Shown one piece after another: positions 1 to 10,603 of a stretch of 64,000 bases of DNA (position 1 is the first letter of the stretch; the number at the start of each line of letters is the position of its first letter). The notes beneath the pieces were generated by a model that saw nothing but the letters and a program-made list of their open reading frames with translations, had not been told where the DNA came from and did not search any database. Source of the stretch: Octopus sinensis. Its lineage: Eukaryota. The translations under genes were made by a program, and so were the position numbers. The stretch covers positions 248,001 to 312,000 of the forward strand of contig NW_021834487.1 in assembly GCF_006345805.1 (NCBI RefSeq). The letters are read 5' to 3'.

Positions 1-122
1 TGAAACCGCTTGGCGTAGACCCACCTTCATTCCAGCCACTGCTATAAACATCGAAAGTGAGCTAGAACGTTAAAACTTGGTACGCATGCACAACAGTGTT
101 CAAAGGCTTATTTTAACTCATG

Positions 123-172
123 TCCATTGTCCAGATATCTTTCGTCACACAACTGTGATCTCTTCAGCGACA
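123..172 (-). ncRNA. Degenerate type-I hammerhead ribozyme-like motif
   Basis: Minus strand reads TGTC-G-CTGAAGA-G(A)TCACA-GTTG-TGTGAC-GAAA-GATATC-TG-GACA. Core and stems are present and stem III is palindromic, but position 17 is G (violates NUH) and there is an extra base before the core. Confidence 0.35.
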
Positions 173-280
173 TTTCTCGTGTTCGTGTTTGTTCTTGTTT
201 TACTTACTCTATTCTTTCCAGAATACCTGTTTCAACACACGCTTTCACATTCGAAATCTTGCAAAACGAACTGATAAACT

Positions 281-350
<70 letters not shown>

Positions 351-619
351 CAATAAAATGAAGCAACAAATTTCTAATCGAAATTTGATATAAAGAGACA
401 GAAAATACAACACAGTGAAGCCGCCAAGAAAAGAAAAGACGGTTGAAGAGACTGGACCAGAATGGAGAAGGTATGTACCTAGGAAATTCTGTAACGCATC
501 ACACTCGTCGAAGACAATGTGTTATGCAGTATAAAATTGGCGCACCGAACGGTGGGACAGAACCTCAGGCTACATAGCTACGAAACGAACCTCTTAACTA
601 TACAGTAATTCTACTGCCA

Positions 620-723
620 TATGTCCATGCACACTTGTATGTGTATACGTGTGTGTGTGACTGTGTGTGTGCGTATGTATGTATGTATGTATGTATGTAT
701 GTATGTATGTATGTATGTATGTA

Positions 724-754
<31 letters not shown>

Positions 755-810
755 ATGTGTGTGTGTATGTATGTATGTATGTGTGTGTGTGTGTGTGTAT
801 GTATGCATAG
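620..810. repeat. Compound (TATG)n/(TG)n microsatellite
   Basis: Direct reading. Confidence 0.95.
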
Positions 811-1441
811 CTTCTGTGCCTTTGCGCGTAAACGTGAGAAAAATCTGTTCTTTTTTATCCTGAATACATAACATCGAAGAGTGACAACTGTTTAAAATTA
901 CACACTTACACATAAATGTGTATACATACATGTACGTGCGTGTATACAGACACACACATACGCACACACACACACGCACACATACACATACACACGCACA
1001 CACATACACACACACACACAAGCAGATCATACAGATATGTGCCCATTCATACATACATTTGTACGTACATTTATGCATACAAACATACATACATACATAC
1101 ATACATACATACATACATACCATTGTGGACAGATCCTATTTGCAATCTGCACGCTATTTTACTCGCTATTCGCTAGAGGTGTCCCATTTATAATCCTCTA
1201 CCACTCGATTTACGCGCTTTCGAACATATTACGAAATTGCATCTGACTCTAATTACATAATTAGCTAACTCGTAATGCACAATTAGCCTGAACCTAAATG
1301 AAAACTACCCTAACCTCCAAACAATTCTAGCTAACTTCCTTACAATACTCAACCAAATTCTTTTGGTCCTTACGCTACTTACGTATTTACAGTTTTCTGC
1401 CATACCTACAATGTACAAATTATATATCTAGTTCAACACGG

Positions 1442-1518
1442 TCCTTGGTAGTATAGTGGTAAGTATCCCCGCCTGTCACGCGGTAGACCGGTGTTCGATT
1501 CCTCGCCGTCTCGGGGAG
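1442..1518 (+). pseudogene. tRNA-Asp(GTC) pseudogene
   Basis: TCCTTGGTAGTATAGTGGTAAGTATCCCCGCCTGTCACGCGGTAGACCGGTGTTCGATTCCTCG...CGGGGAG matches eukaryotic tRNA-Asp. It has mismatches in the anticodon and T stems, a ~5-nt insertion in the 3' acceptor strand, and no immediate T-run terminator. Confidence 0.8.
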
Positions 1519-1548
1519 ACGTTAACGCTGCCATTGTTTCGTTTTATA

Positions 1549-1990
1549 GGCGTAGGAGTGGCTGTGTGGAAAGTAACTTGCTTACGAACCACATGGTTCC
1601 GGGTTCAGTCCCAATGCGTGGCACCACGGACAAGTGTCTTCTGCTATAGCCTCGGGCCGACCGAAGCCTTGTGAGTGGATTTGGTAGACGGAAACAGAAA
1701 GAAGCTCGTCGTATATATATATGTGTGTGCGTGTGTGTGTGTGCGCGTATGTATGTATGTATGTGTGTGTATATGTTTGTGTGTCTGTGTTTGTCCCCTT
1801 CCCAACATCGCTTGACAACCGATGCTGGTGTGTCTACGTCCCCGTAAATTAGCGGTTCGGCAAAAGAGACCGATAGAATAAGTACTAGGTTTACAAAGAA
1901 TAAGTCCTGGGGTCGATTTGCTCGACTAAAGGCGGTGCTCCAGCATGGCCATAGTCACATGACTGAACCAAGTAAAAGAGTAAAAGAGTA
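1549..1990 (+). mobile_element. SINE family A (tRNA head, CORE-like body, internal microsatellite, AAAAGAGT tail), full length
   Basis: A/B-box-like head (GGCTGTGTGG..GGTTCAGTCCC), GGCACC..GGACAAGTGTC body, internal (TA)/(TG) tract, GGCGGTGCTCCAGCATGGCC and GTAAAAGAG repeats at the tail; many copies in the window. Confidence 0.9.
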
Positions 1991-3818
1991 TACAAACTCT
2001 ATAGATCTATAGAGAAACTCGTCTTTTTCATTATAGCAGTAGTACAGTAGCTTACACTTTATACCTCATGTACGAAAACATCTCTGCTTGAGGCAACCTC
2101 CCTTTCATCGCACTTAATGCTCTGTAAAGCTTTCCTCTATTCTTACGTGATGCATTAATTTCTCCTCTCTTACTTACTCGCTGCGTATATGTACCTCTGT
2201 GTGTGACTGTGTATGTGTGTGCGCGCGCGTGTTTTGTTTATTTCTATGTAGGTATGTCAACACGCATACACGGTGGGGAGTTGTGTGCATGGATACCATT
2301 GCATATGTGGAACATTGCATATGCTATGCTTCGGGAAGGTTTTACGTATTTTGAGAATGCCTTTGATAGCTTGCAGCTGTAATATCTTGATTGGACGCAT
2401 TGTTTTTGGTTATGTATGTATGTATGCATTTATGCATGCATGTGTGTATGTATATATGTATGTTTGTATGTATGTAAGTGAACTGTTATGAGTCGCAAGT
2501 TTTCTAGATGTCACCACACTCTTCATCGACATCAAGCGGGTCGTTTAAGTTTAACGACTCATTTGCTGTCACGTCTCATTTACAATGCTCAATACTTTGC
2601 AGATGAGATCGTCCTTAATTCCCGTTTAACCTTCTTTGTGTAGAAGTCATCAACATTCAACTTACACTATTCATATCAACTCTGCACCACCTAAATGAAT
2701 AGAAACCTCGAAGACAATTTCTATTTAAAAATATGAGAATCTCGTCTTTTCAACAATATGAAAATACAGTTACTATACATATAACGTGAAAAAAAAATAT
2801 GTTGTCTCACCTTCTCTAACCCTAGAGAAAATGCAGTTATTACGAAGTATTTCTAAACACTAGATTTAGTAATACTAATGGAACGTATTGCTAAAGTTAA
2901 ACTTCACACGTGTGACTAACTTACATAATATAACTACATCATAACGTTGCATCCTCCGAGCTACACCTCGGTTTTACAACAAGAAAACCAAACTAAAGCT
3001 GACGTTCTCTAAATAAGCAAAAGTTAGTTTGACTGTAATTTATTGCTCAAATATTGGAAATGATGCTGTTACTATGCGCAACATATCTGACAGAGAGTCA
3101 ACCGAATGACTAACGATGATTCTGATTCATCTACCTACTTCAACCTCTCGTTCACATACGCCAGGTCCCGCTACCTTTTCAATTACGACCACAACAATAT
3201 CTGCTCCTCAGATTTAACCCCTTTCATACCGCATCTACCCAGCTCCTTCTGCCTCTCGCGACTCAATCTGTGTCCACCCCACAAAAAACTACCGGTTTTA
3301 GACTTGGAGGATCCTAGGTAACATAAAGCTAGGAGTTGAATGTTTAGCAAATTAATCCAGGTGTCACCACATTTTAAAACTTTTATGTCCTTTAATTATC
3401 TTGAGCCTTAAACTAAAGTTTTTTTTAGCTGAGATCTAAATACAGCACTCTCTCTCTAGCTATGCACTTACCATTTTTCATTCCTCCTACCCCAGAGGCC
3501 AGTACTTTAGAATTCCTTAATATCTATATCGTTGTTGCTGTTTTTCTAGCTATCAGTCAACTCTGAACGAACAAGCTCGTGATGAATGCGTTCCAGCAGT
3601 GACCATCCTATTACAGTTTACATGTCAAAAATTGAATCTAAAGTTTATTTTGGGGGATTTTGTTACCATTTCTAGTAGGTCATGAGATCGTATAAAGTCT
3701 CTCTCGTCATCTTGACTTGTCAACTTGCAATTAAACATCAATTGCATAACTTTCACCAGTTAACCTACAAATATGAAAGCCACGGCATTTTTTCCAAGCC
3801 GAGATCATAAAATACGCG

Positions 3819-4090
3819 ACCAGACAGCGCCCATTTTGAGGGACGTCTTTCAGATGTAACAAGTATTGTCCTTGATTGCTGTTACTGTTGTTTTCGCTTT
3901 TAGCTAGAGAGAGTAGGGTAACACCTACGACCCTTAATTCCCCGGCACTTCTTCCTGACGAAATCATAACCAGACAGCGCCCTTATGAGGGAGGATTTTC
4001 AGATGTAGTGAGTATAGTTCTAGATTGCCTTTGCTGTTTTTTCGGCTTTTAGCTAGAAGACGAATGTTAACACCCTAAATCCTTAACTTT
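3819..4090. repeat. Diverged 150-bp tandem duplication
   Basis: ACCAGACAGCGCCC at 3819 and 3969, each followed by TTTCAGATGTA, TTGATTGC and GCTTTTAGCTAGA. Confidence 0.8.
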
Positions 4091-4169
4091 TCAAGGGTTT
4101 CTAAGACTGAATGACGGTTAAGTCCTCAAAGGAGAGACCTGTCCAAATGTTTGTAAGAGAGAATTACAG

Positions 4170-4303
4170 TATGTCATAGTGTTAAACTTAGTGACAGACT
4201 AGCCCATCTACACAAGAACACAGAGCGCAATAAACTGGATCAAATACCAAAAGGCACCTCGCCCGATGCACAACAAATTCCAGCAATTCACCGTTCTGGA
4301 CAG
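4170..4303 (+). CDS. Weak candidate exon (CHSVKLSDRLAHLHKNTERNKLDQIPKGTSPDAQQIPAIHRSGQ), product unknown
   Basis: Open frame bounded by TTACAG and CAG|GTAATT; phase-compatible with 5665-5714; no recognisable domain. Confidence 0.25.
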
Positions 4304-4599
4304 GTAATTAATATTATCCATTTCTAAAACGATAAATTTAATGAGAATTGAACTTAAAGAGTCGGAGCAAATACAGAAATGTATTTTGCAACATGCTCTA
4401 ACAACTCACCCCACTGTTGTTGTTGTTGTTGTTTGTTGTGGTGAGGGTTCTTCTTCATCTTCCTCTTCTTCTTCTTCTTCTTCTTCTTCTTCTTCTTCTT
4501 CTTCTTCTTCTTCTATTACAATTTGGCTACGTCAGAAGGTTCGGTGTTTGAGTCCCGTGTCTGTTGAGTAATACCAATCTCGTCCAACATATTTCCTTC

Positions 4600-5266
4600 T
4601 GCCATTAGTTGTAGAAACGCGAGGAAAACATTTTCTGAAGAGAATGATAACAGGAGGTTTTTAATGGATAGATTTGAAGCACAAACCATCATAAGCGGGA
4701 ATTCATCCGAAGAAAGTTACGCTCCAAAGCAGGACATCACCCCAGGAAGCGATCGAAAGGGTGTTGTCTTTTACAAGCTTCTTCCCACAGACAGGACCAT
4801 CAATTTGAATGTGCACTTTGACAAGCTGGATAAATACAATCCAGAGATCCAACAAGAGCATCTAGCATTTGCTAATTGTAAGAGGATTGTCTTTCATTCT
4901 GACAATGCCAGACCGCACACTTATTTGCAGGCGTGGCAGAAGCTACTGCCGCTTCGCTGCGAAGTTTTCCGTACTCGCCATATTCAGCAGACCTCGCACT
5001 TTCAGATCTCCACCTGTTCCGTTCTGTTCAATATTTGTTGAATGGACAATTCTTCAACTCTGCAGACGATGTAAAAATTCACTTGGAAGGGTTTTTCAGC
5101 AGTAAAGATAGAAAATACTTTGAGTTGAGAATAAAGGATCTGAGTATAAGATCGCAGAAGATACTGGAACGAAATGGTAATTATATCATTGATTGAATAA
5201 TTCGCCTTGTGTTTAAAACATGTCTTGTTTTCGCTTTTAAAAACCGACTGGACTTTTGACCAACCA
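4600..5266 (+). mobile_element. Decayed mariner (D,D34D) transposon, 3' part with TIR remnant
   Basis: FLKRMITG, IVFHSDNARPH, frameshift, then PYSADLALSDLHLFRS...ILERNGNYIID; 3' end AAAAACCGACTGGACTTTTGACCAACC. Confidence 0.9.
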
Positions 5267-5664
5267 CCTGCATGCATAACTAAACATGCTTCAGAGGACC
5301 ACAGGAAATCATTGTAACTAGTCTTTGATGTTACTCCAGTAATTGCTGTTTCACCTTCCTCAGCATCGATTAAACAGAACTACGGTCAAAATATTATATC
5401 CTAAACCATTCTGATTGTTTTGTTTTTGTCTCTACACAATGCAAGATGTCTCAATTTTTAAGACAATGGAGCAAACGTTAGAAGCTATTTTACTTTTGAA
5501 GGCCACATGGAATTAAATGTAATCAAATAAATCAGCATTAAGGAAAAGTTCATTAACTATGCAGAAAAATACAATTAATTTTAATAGTAAAATTATGAAT
5601 ATTAAAGTATGAAATAGAAATGTAAACTGACCTTTTAATGACTCTGTTTAAATTGCTTTTGCAG

Positions 5665-5714
5665 GACAGCAATTGGATATTTGGTGTCAACGTAGACGAC
5701 CGAACTTTTAAATG
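5665..5714 (+). CDS. Weak candidate exon (DSNWIFGVNVDDRTFK)
   Basis: Good acceptor TTGCTTTTGCAG; weak donor GTATTC; alternative donor at 5779 gives stops in all frames. Confidence 0.2.
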
Positions 5715-6213
5715 GTATTCCCCGTGCATATCACATATCTGTTATTAAGCATCTTAAAAGCATTGATATTTGAGTTAGGTAACCAAAGGTGGATTCATAT
5801 CAATTGGAGAGTTTGAGAAACAAGAAAGCATTCGTCGTGCATATATTAGTATAAGGGTGCGTGTGTCCTATTGCCAATTCCTATATTTCAGTATTTGTAT
5901 TGGAGAACTGAAAATATTGTCTTCTGACATCTCAGTATTTATTTTCTATTTCAATTCTACCTGTTGCTCTTCGATTAGATGTATGAGAGATACTACACAG
6001 GCGTGGTTGAAATGCTAATTTTAGCCTGAGGCATATTTCGGTTAGCATTTCGTTGTATTCTACAAAACGTGGGTATAGAGCAACAGTGTAATGTTCAGAA
6101 GATTCAAATATAAATTCAACAGGTTTCCCAATCGTCTAACTAAAACGAGTAAAACATTAGGGAAAACTTCCATTTAAGTAAAAAAAAAATGTTTGAGAAA
6201 AAAAATCAAACTC

Positions 6214-6352
6214 TATGAGGGAGCGCTGAAAAGTTCCTGGCTCTAAGGGTATCGTGAAAAGCCTAGTTGGAGGCCCAACTTTCCAAGTTCATTGACAGGG
6301 TTTACAAAAGCTGAAGGACCGCTGCAATACTTTTGTGAGTCAGAGAGGGTAA
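6214..6352. mobile_element. Truncated mariner-type MITE
   Basis: TATGAGGGAGCGCTGAAAAGTTCCTGGCT terminus; homologous (reverse complement) to 45295-45512; interrupted by a SINE. Confidence 0.8.
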
Positions 6353-6354
6353 TA

Positions 6355-6573
6355 CTTGTATACTTTTTACTCTTTTACTTGTTTCAGTCATTTGACTGCG
6401 GCCTTGCTAGAGCACCGCCTTCTGGTCAAGCAAATCGACCGCAGGACATATTCTTTGTAAGCCTAGTATTTATTCTACCGCTCTCTTTTGCCGAACCGCT
6501 AAGTTACGGGGACATAAACACACCAGCCTCGGTTGTCAAGTGATGTTAGGGGGACAAACACAGACTCCCAAAC

Positions 6574-6575
<2 letters not shown>
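6355..6575 (-). mobile_element. SINE family A, 3' half
   Basis: CTCTTTTACTTGTTTCAGTCATTTGACTGCGGCC...CGGTTGTCAAG, running into (TA)n. Confidence 0.9.
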
Positions 6576-6648
<73 letters not shown>

Positions 6649-6662
6649 GTATACATATATAT

Positions 6663-6693
<31 letters not shown>

Positions 6694-6802
6694 TATATAT
6701 ATATATATATATATGTATGTATATATATATGCACACCCACACACACACACACACCACACACACACACACACACACATATATATGTATATATATATATATG
6801 TA

Positions 6803-6840
<38 letters not shown>

Positions 6841-6842
6841 AT

Positions 6843-6890
<48 letters not shown>

Positions 6891-6892
6891 AT
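6575..6892. repeat. (TA)n/(CA)n microsatellite
   Basis: Direct reading. Confidence 0.95.
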
Positions 6893-7272
6893 ATAATAGA
6901 AATATTAAAATTACTAAGTCTCTCTAAAAGAGAACAGCGGCAGCGTTCCCGGAAAATAATAGTTATCGCCATACTAATATGGCATTCTTATAAAATAAGA
7001 ATAAAGCTGTCCGCTTATTAGCTCCATGAGGCCATCGCCTTAAGTTAGCTATTTGATACACAAACTGTATCCATATAACCTTCGAAGGTTATATGGATAC
7101 AGTTTGTGTATCAAATAGCTAACTTAAGGCGATGGCCTCATGGAGCTAATAAGCGGACAGCTTTATTCTTATTTTTATAAGAATGCCATATTAGTATGGC
7201 GATAACTATTATTTTCCGGGAACGCTGCGGTTCTCTTTTAGAGAGACTTAGTAATTTTAATATTTCTATTAT
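6893..7272. repeat. ~380-bp palindrome (inverted partial pLTR) centred on TTCGAA at 7081-7086
   Basis: Arms of ~187 bp are near-perfect reverse complements. Confidence 0.95.
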
Positions 7273-7360
7273 TGAAAACAAGTGGATGTATTCCACCGAA
7301 ACTAGGTAAATAAAACCATCGAACAGAGATTGTCGGAAGCGACACCTACTGGCTGGCTAC

Positions 7361-7402
7361 GCTGCATTGAAAAGAGGCAATACCCCGAAACGCGTCTGTA
7401 GC
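7361..7402 (+). ncRNA. Type-I minimal hammerhead ribozyme, U3-A8 variant (copy 1)
   Basis: GCTGCA-TTGAAAA-GAGG-CAATA-CCCC-GAAA-CGCG-TC|TGTAGC; predicted GUC cleavage after 7396. Confidence 0.7.
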
Positions 7403-7720
7403 TGCCGGTCAAGTAGTGTGTGGAGCGACTGACCTCCCTTGTTCGAAGGTTATATGGATACAGTTTGTGTATCAAATAGCTAACTTAAGGTGATGGCCTC
7501 ATGGAGCTAATAAGCGGATAGCTTTATTCTTATTTTTATAAGATGCCATATTAGTATGGCGATAACTATTATTTTCGGGAACGCTGCCGCTGTTCTCTTT
7601 TAGAGAGACTTAGTAATTTTAATATTTCTATTATTGAAAACAATGGATGTATTCCACCGAAACTAGGTAAATAAAACTATCGAACAGAGATTGTCGAAGC
7701 GACACCTACTGGCTGGCTAC

Positions 7721-7761
7721 GCTGCATTGAAAAGGGCAATACCCCGAAACGCGTCTGTAGC
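7721..7761 (+). ncRNA. Type-I minimal hammerhead ribozyme, U3-A8 variant (copy 2)
   Basis: GCTGCA-TTGAAAA-GGG-CAATAC-CCC-GAAA-CGCG-TC|TGTAGC; predicted cleavage after 7755. Confidence 0.75.
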
Positions 7762-7798
7762 TGCCGGTCAAGTAGTGTGGAGCGACTGACCTCCCTTG

Positions 7799-8312
7799 TT
7801 CGAAGGTTATATGGATACAGTTTGTGTATCAAATAGCTAACTTAAGGCGATGGCCTCATGGAGCTAATAAGCGGACAGCTTTATTCTTATTTTTATAAGA
7901 ATGCCATAATCTGGCCAAAATCTTCCATTGTATGTTATAATCGACACCTTATCTCTTAAAGACCAAATATGATTAGAAATTGTGTCGCTTTTCTTTTGTT
8001 CCAGTGCTAAAGCTCAAAGTGTGGTTATTGAACCTGGCCTTGAAATTACCCTCTGTAAGGCCCCAGTATTTCTTCGTCGAAACGGTGTCTTTAGTGGTTA
8101 TAGAGTTTACGGTAGCTCATATATGATGGTCTTGGACATGCAAGCTCCATTTAGCGGGCACAATTCTTTATTCCTGCATGAACAGCTGTTTCTTCTTGTG
8201 TTTTTTGTATGTTATGTTTGATTATATTTTTAAAATTGGTAGTGAACTAAAACTAATTTTTAAATTGTGTCTATGAAGAGTTTCCTATAAGTATGGTTAA
8301 CTGGAAAATGCT
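7799..8312 (-). mobile_element. Penelope-like retroelement remnant: end of RT thumb, Cys-rich linker and GIY-YIG endonuclease (frameshifted)
   Basis: Minus-strand translation across frameshifts: HFPVNHTYRKLF..LKISFSSLPNFKNII..CSCRNKELCPLNGACMSKTIIY..KKYWGLTEGNFKARFNNHTLSF..SNHIWSL..DYNIQWKILAR. Confidence 0.85.
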
Positions 8313-8316
8313 ATAT

Positions 8317-8352
<36 letters not shown>

Positions 8353-8354
<2 letters not shown>

Positions 8355-8509
8355 CAGTCAGAGATTTCTGGAGAAAAATTGAACATAATTGATGCTATGG
8401 ATAATATAGTTGAGTCATGCGACGAAGTGAAACCTTCAACTTTGAATAGTGATTGGAAAAGTATTGATATATAACCAGACAGTATCCTTGATATTACAGG
8501 TTTTCCTCA
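8353..8509 (+). repeat. 157-bp inverted duplicate of Tigger segment 9054-9210
   Basis: About 5 mismatches versus the reverse complement of 9054-9210. Confidence 0.9.
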
Positions 8510-8879
8510 TATTTTCTAAAAATATGTCATTGAAATAGTAAGAATCGTAATATCGTAAGAGTACGTTCTTACGACTAAAGATGTGGACTACTGATTGAAG
8601 AGTAATGGTAGAATGAGCGTGATTAAGAGGATGGGGGAAATATTTACTATCTTATAGTTCATCATCACGAACATCAGTTTGACGAGTAAAAATCCTAACG
8701 AAAGTTATCTGTTGTTTATGATGCATCATTTTTTTGTACAGCTCCGTATAGAAACAAATCTCATTATCGAGTCATGTTGCAATTTTTACGTTACATTCAC
8801 AATTAGGAACGTTACCAACAAAATATTGAAAACCTTCCTCTATAAATGCTTTTAACAATAGTTTTTGTACTCAACCTAA

Positions 8880-10115
8880 ATGTTGTAGGAGGTATTCTCA
8901 GCTTTTTCTTTCAATCAGCATCAGCTCTTTGTTCGACAAACTTTCTCTCTGAGACACTATCAACTCAATCACATCATCTATACCTCTTCAAATCCTAAAT
9001 CCTTTGCAAGTCTCACAATATCATTCCAAATCTGATGTAAGCCTTCTTCTCCTTGAGGAAAATTTGTAATATCAAGTATACTGTCTGGTTATATACCAAT
9101 ACTTTTCCAATCACTATTCAAAGTTGAAGGTTTCACTTCGTCGCATGACACAACTATATTATCCATAGCATCAATTATGTTCAATTTTTCTCCAGAAATC
9201 TCTGACTGTAGGTTTATATTACTTGTCAATTGCTTTTGTAAGTTGTTTGAAAGTTCTTCTCGTATAAAAAAGCCTTGGAGATAACTATCACACCTTGATC
9301 TATTTGTTGGAACAAAGAAGTTGTATTCTTGAAGATATATTCTACTCTCACGTTATCAGAAAGGTAATTGAAGGTTGTGTGTCTAAAAGAATCTTTAATT
9401 TGTTGGAAATCTCTTTGGCACTGTAGCTTTCTACTGTAGGATAACAAAAATGTCAACAGCTCTTTGAAAAGGCCCTGAGTCGTTCATGACATCTTATTTG
9501 AGCGCTAAATCAGAGGTAGATTAAACATTGTGCAACCCTTGGAAGTCCTTAGATTTTCGGAGTGATACACCTGTAGGGGCTTTAATTTCAACGAATTGAT
9601 CAGGTGTTGAAAAGAAAGAGGAAACAAACACCGTGTGATTCAGGAATTGGAGTCATTCTTAATACCTTACTCCCTATAAATTCCTCAAGTGACTCCGGAA
9701 TAGAGGACTTGAGAAAACTTAACACAAACACTCTGCACAGCAATAAGCATTTCTTTTCAGTTAATTTATATATCACCGCTGGCATTTCCTCTCAAAAGAA
9801 GCGTCAGACGATTTTTGGAAGCTTTAAATTCTGGTGTTGATTTTCTTTTTCGAGCACTAAAGTCCTAGTAAGCATGCACTTTCAGAAAAGTGCTGTCCTA
9901 TCAACATTGCATACTTACTTTGATGTATAACCCCCATCAGCAATCATGTTATTCAACTGCCCAGAATAATTAGTAGCAAACTTAGTATCAGTGCTTCAAG
10001 TTTTCACCAGCCATTTTTATGCTGTGCATATTCATTCGCTGCTTAAACCTTTCAAACTTGCCTTTACTAATCAAAAAGGGATTTTCATTAGAAGTTTCAC
10101 CTCTTTTCTGCAAAA
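8880..10115 (-). mobile_element. Decayed Tigger/pogo DDE transposase
   Basis: SKGKFERFKQR, VCNVDRTALF, FKASKNRLTLLLRGNASGD, KLKPLQVYHSEN, NTTSLFQQIDQGVI, IIDAMDNIV, DIVRLAKDLGFEEV; many stops and frameshifts. Confidence 0.9.
9582..9767. mobile_element. 172-bp insertion with 7-bp TSD (TTAATTT) inside the Tigger remnant
   Basis: TTAATTT at 9582-9588 and 9761-9767; removing the insert rejoins Tigger motifs; second copy at 14105-14277. Confidence 0.8.
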
Positions 10116-10119
10116 CTTC

Positions 10120-10385
10120 ATTGTATTGAGGACTTCTCTTAAATCTTGTTGACCCTAGTAAACTTGTTCTCTGCGCGTAGTTACAGGTTAAGAACAGCTT
10201 TCCCTAGATTAGCTCTCAATTTTTTCTCACTTTTTTCCAAGGCCCCAATGATAACTAGCTGTATCCTGAGCTTGTTAACTTCCCTATCTCAGCATATGAG
10301 GATTTAATAATCCAAGACGGCACACTACTCTACTTTTTCTTTATTTTTCTTCTTAATCTGGTATCAAATAGGCATGCCACGTCAG
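10120..10385 (-). mobile_element. 3' fragment of an RLE-type non-LTR retrotransposon (R4/NeSL-like)
   Basis: VACLFDTR, IIGAL, QRTSLLGSTR and LREVL motifs in shifted frames, typical of the RLE C-terminus. Confidence 0.6.
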
Positions 10386-10519
10386 TTTCAATACGTAATT
10401 TGTATTTTTATCGGATTTTAATATCTGACCGAATGTATTGTGTAATTCCTTGGCTTTGTATTAGAATTTTAAAATTATTATTATTGTCATTACTACTACT
10501 ACTGCTGCTGCTAGAATTA

Positions 10520-10549
10520 TTGTTATTATTATTGTTATTATTATTATTA

Positions 10550-10602
<53 letters not shown>
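10520..10602. repeat. (TTA)n microsatellite
   Basis: Direct reading. Confidence 0.95.

Positions 10603-10603
<1 letters not shown>

Larger units (their letters stand above)
7081..7908. repeat. Tandem ~360-bp units (2.3 copies), interpreted as Penelope pseudo-LTRs
   Basis: TTCGAAGGTTATATGG starts at 7081, 7442 and 7799; the third copy runs into the PLE ORF at 7908. Confidence 0.9.

Noticed and set aside
1295-1320. CCCTAACC telomere-like motif
   Set aside because: Single occurrence, not an array.
5325-5370. CTGAGGA-AGGT-GAAA on the minus strand
   Set aside because: No possible stem II and a misregistered stem I; chance match.
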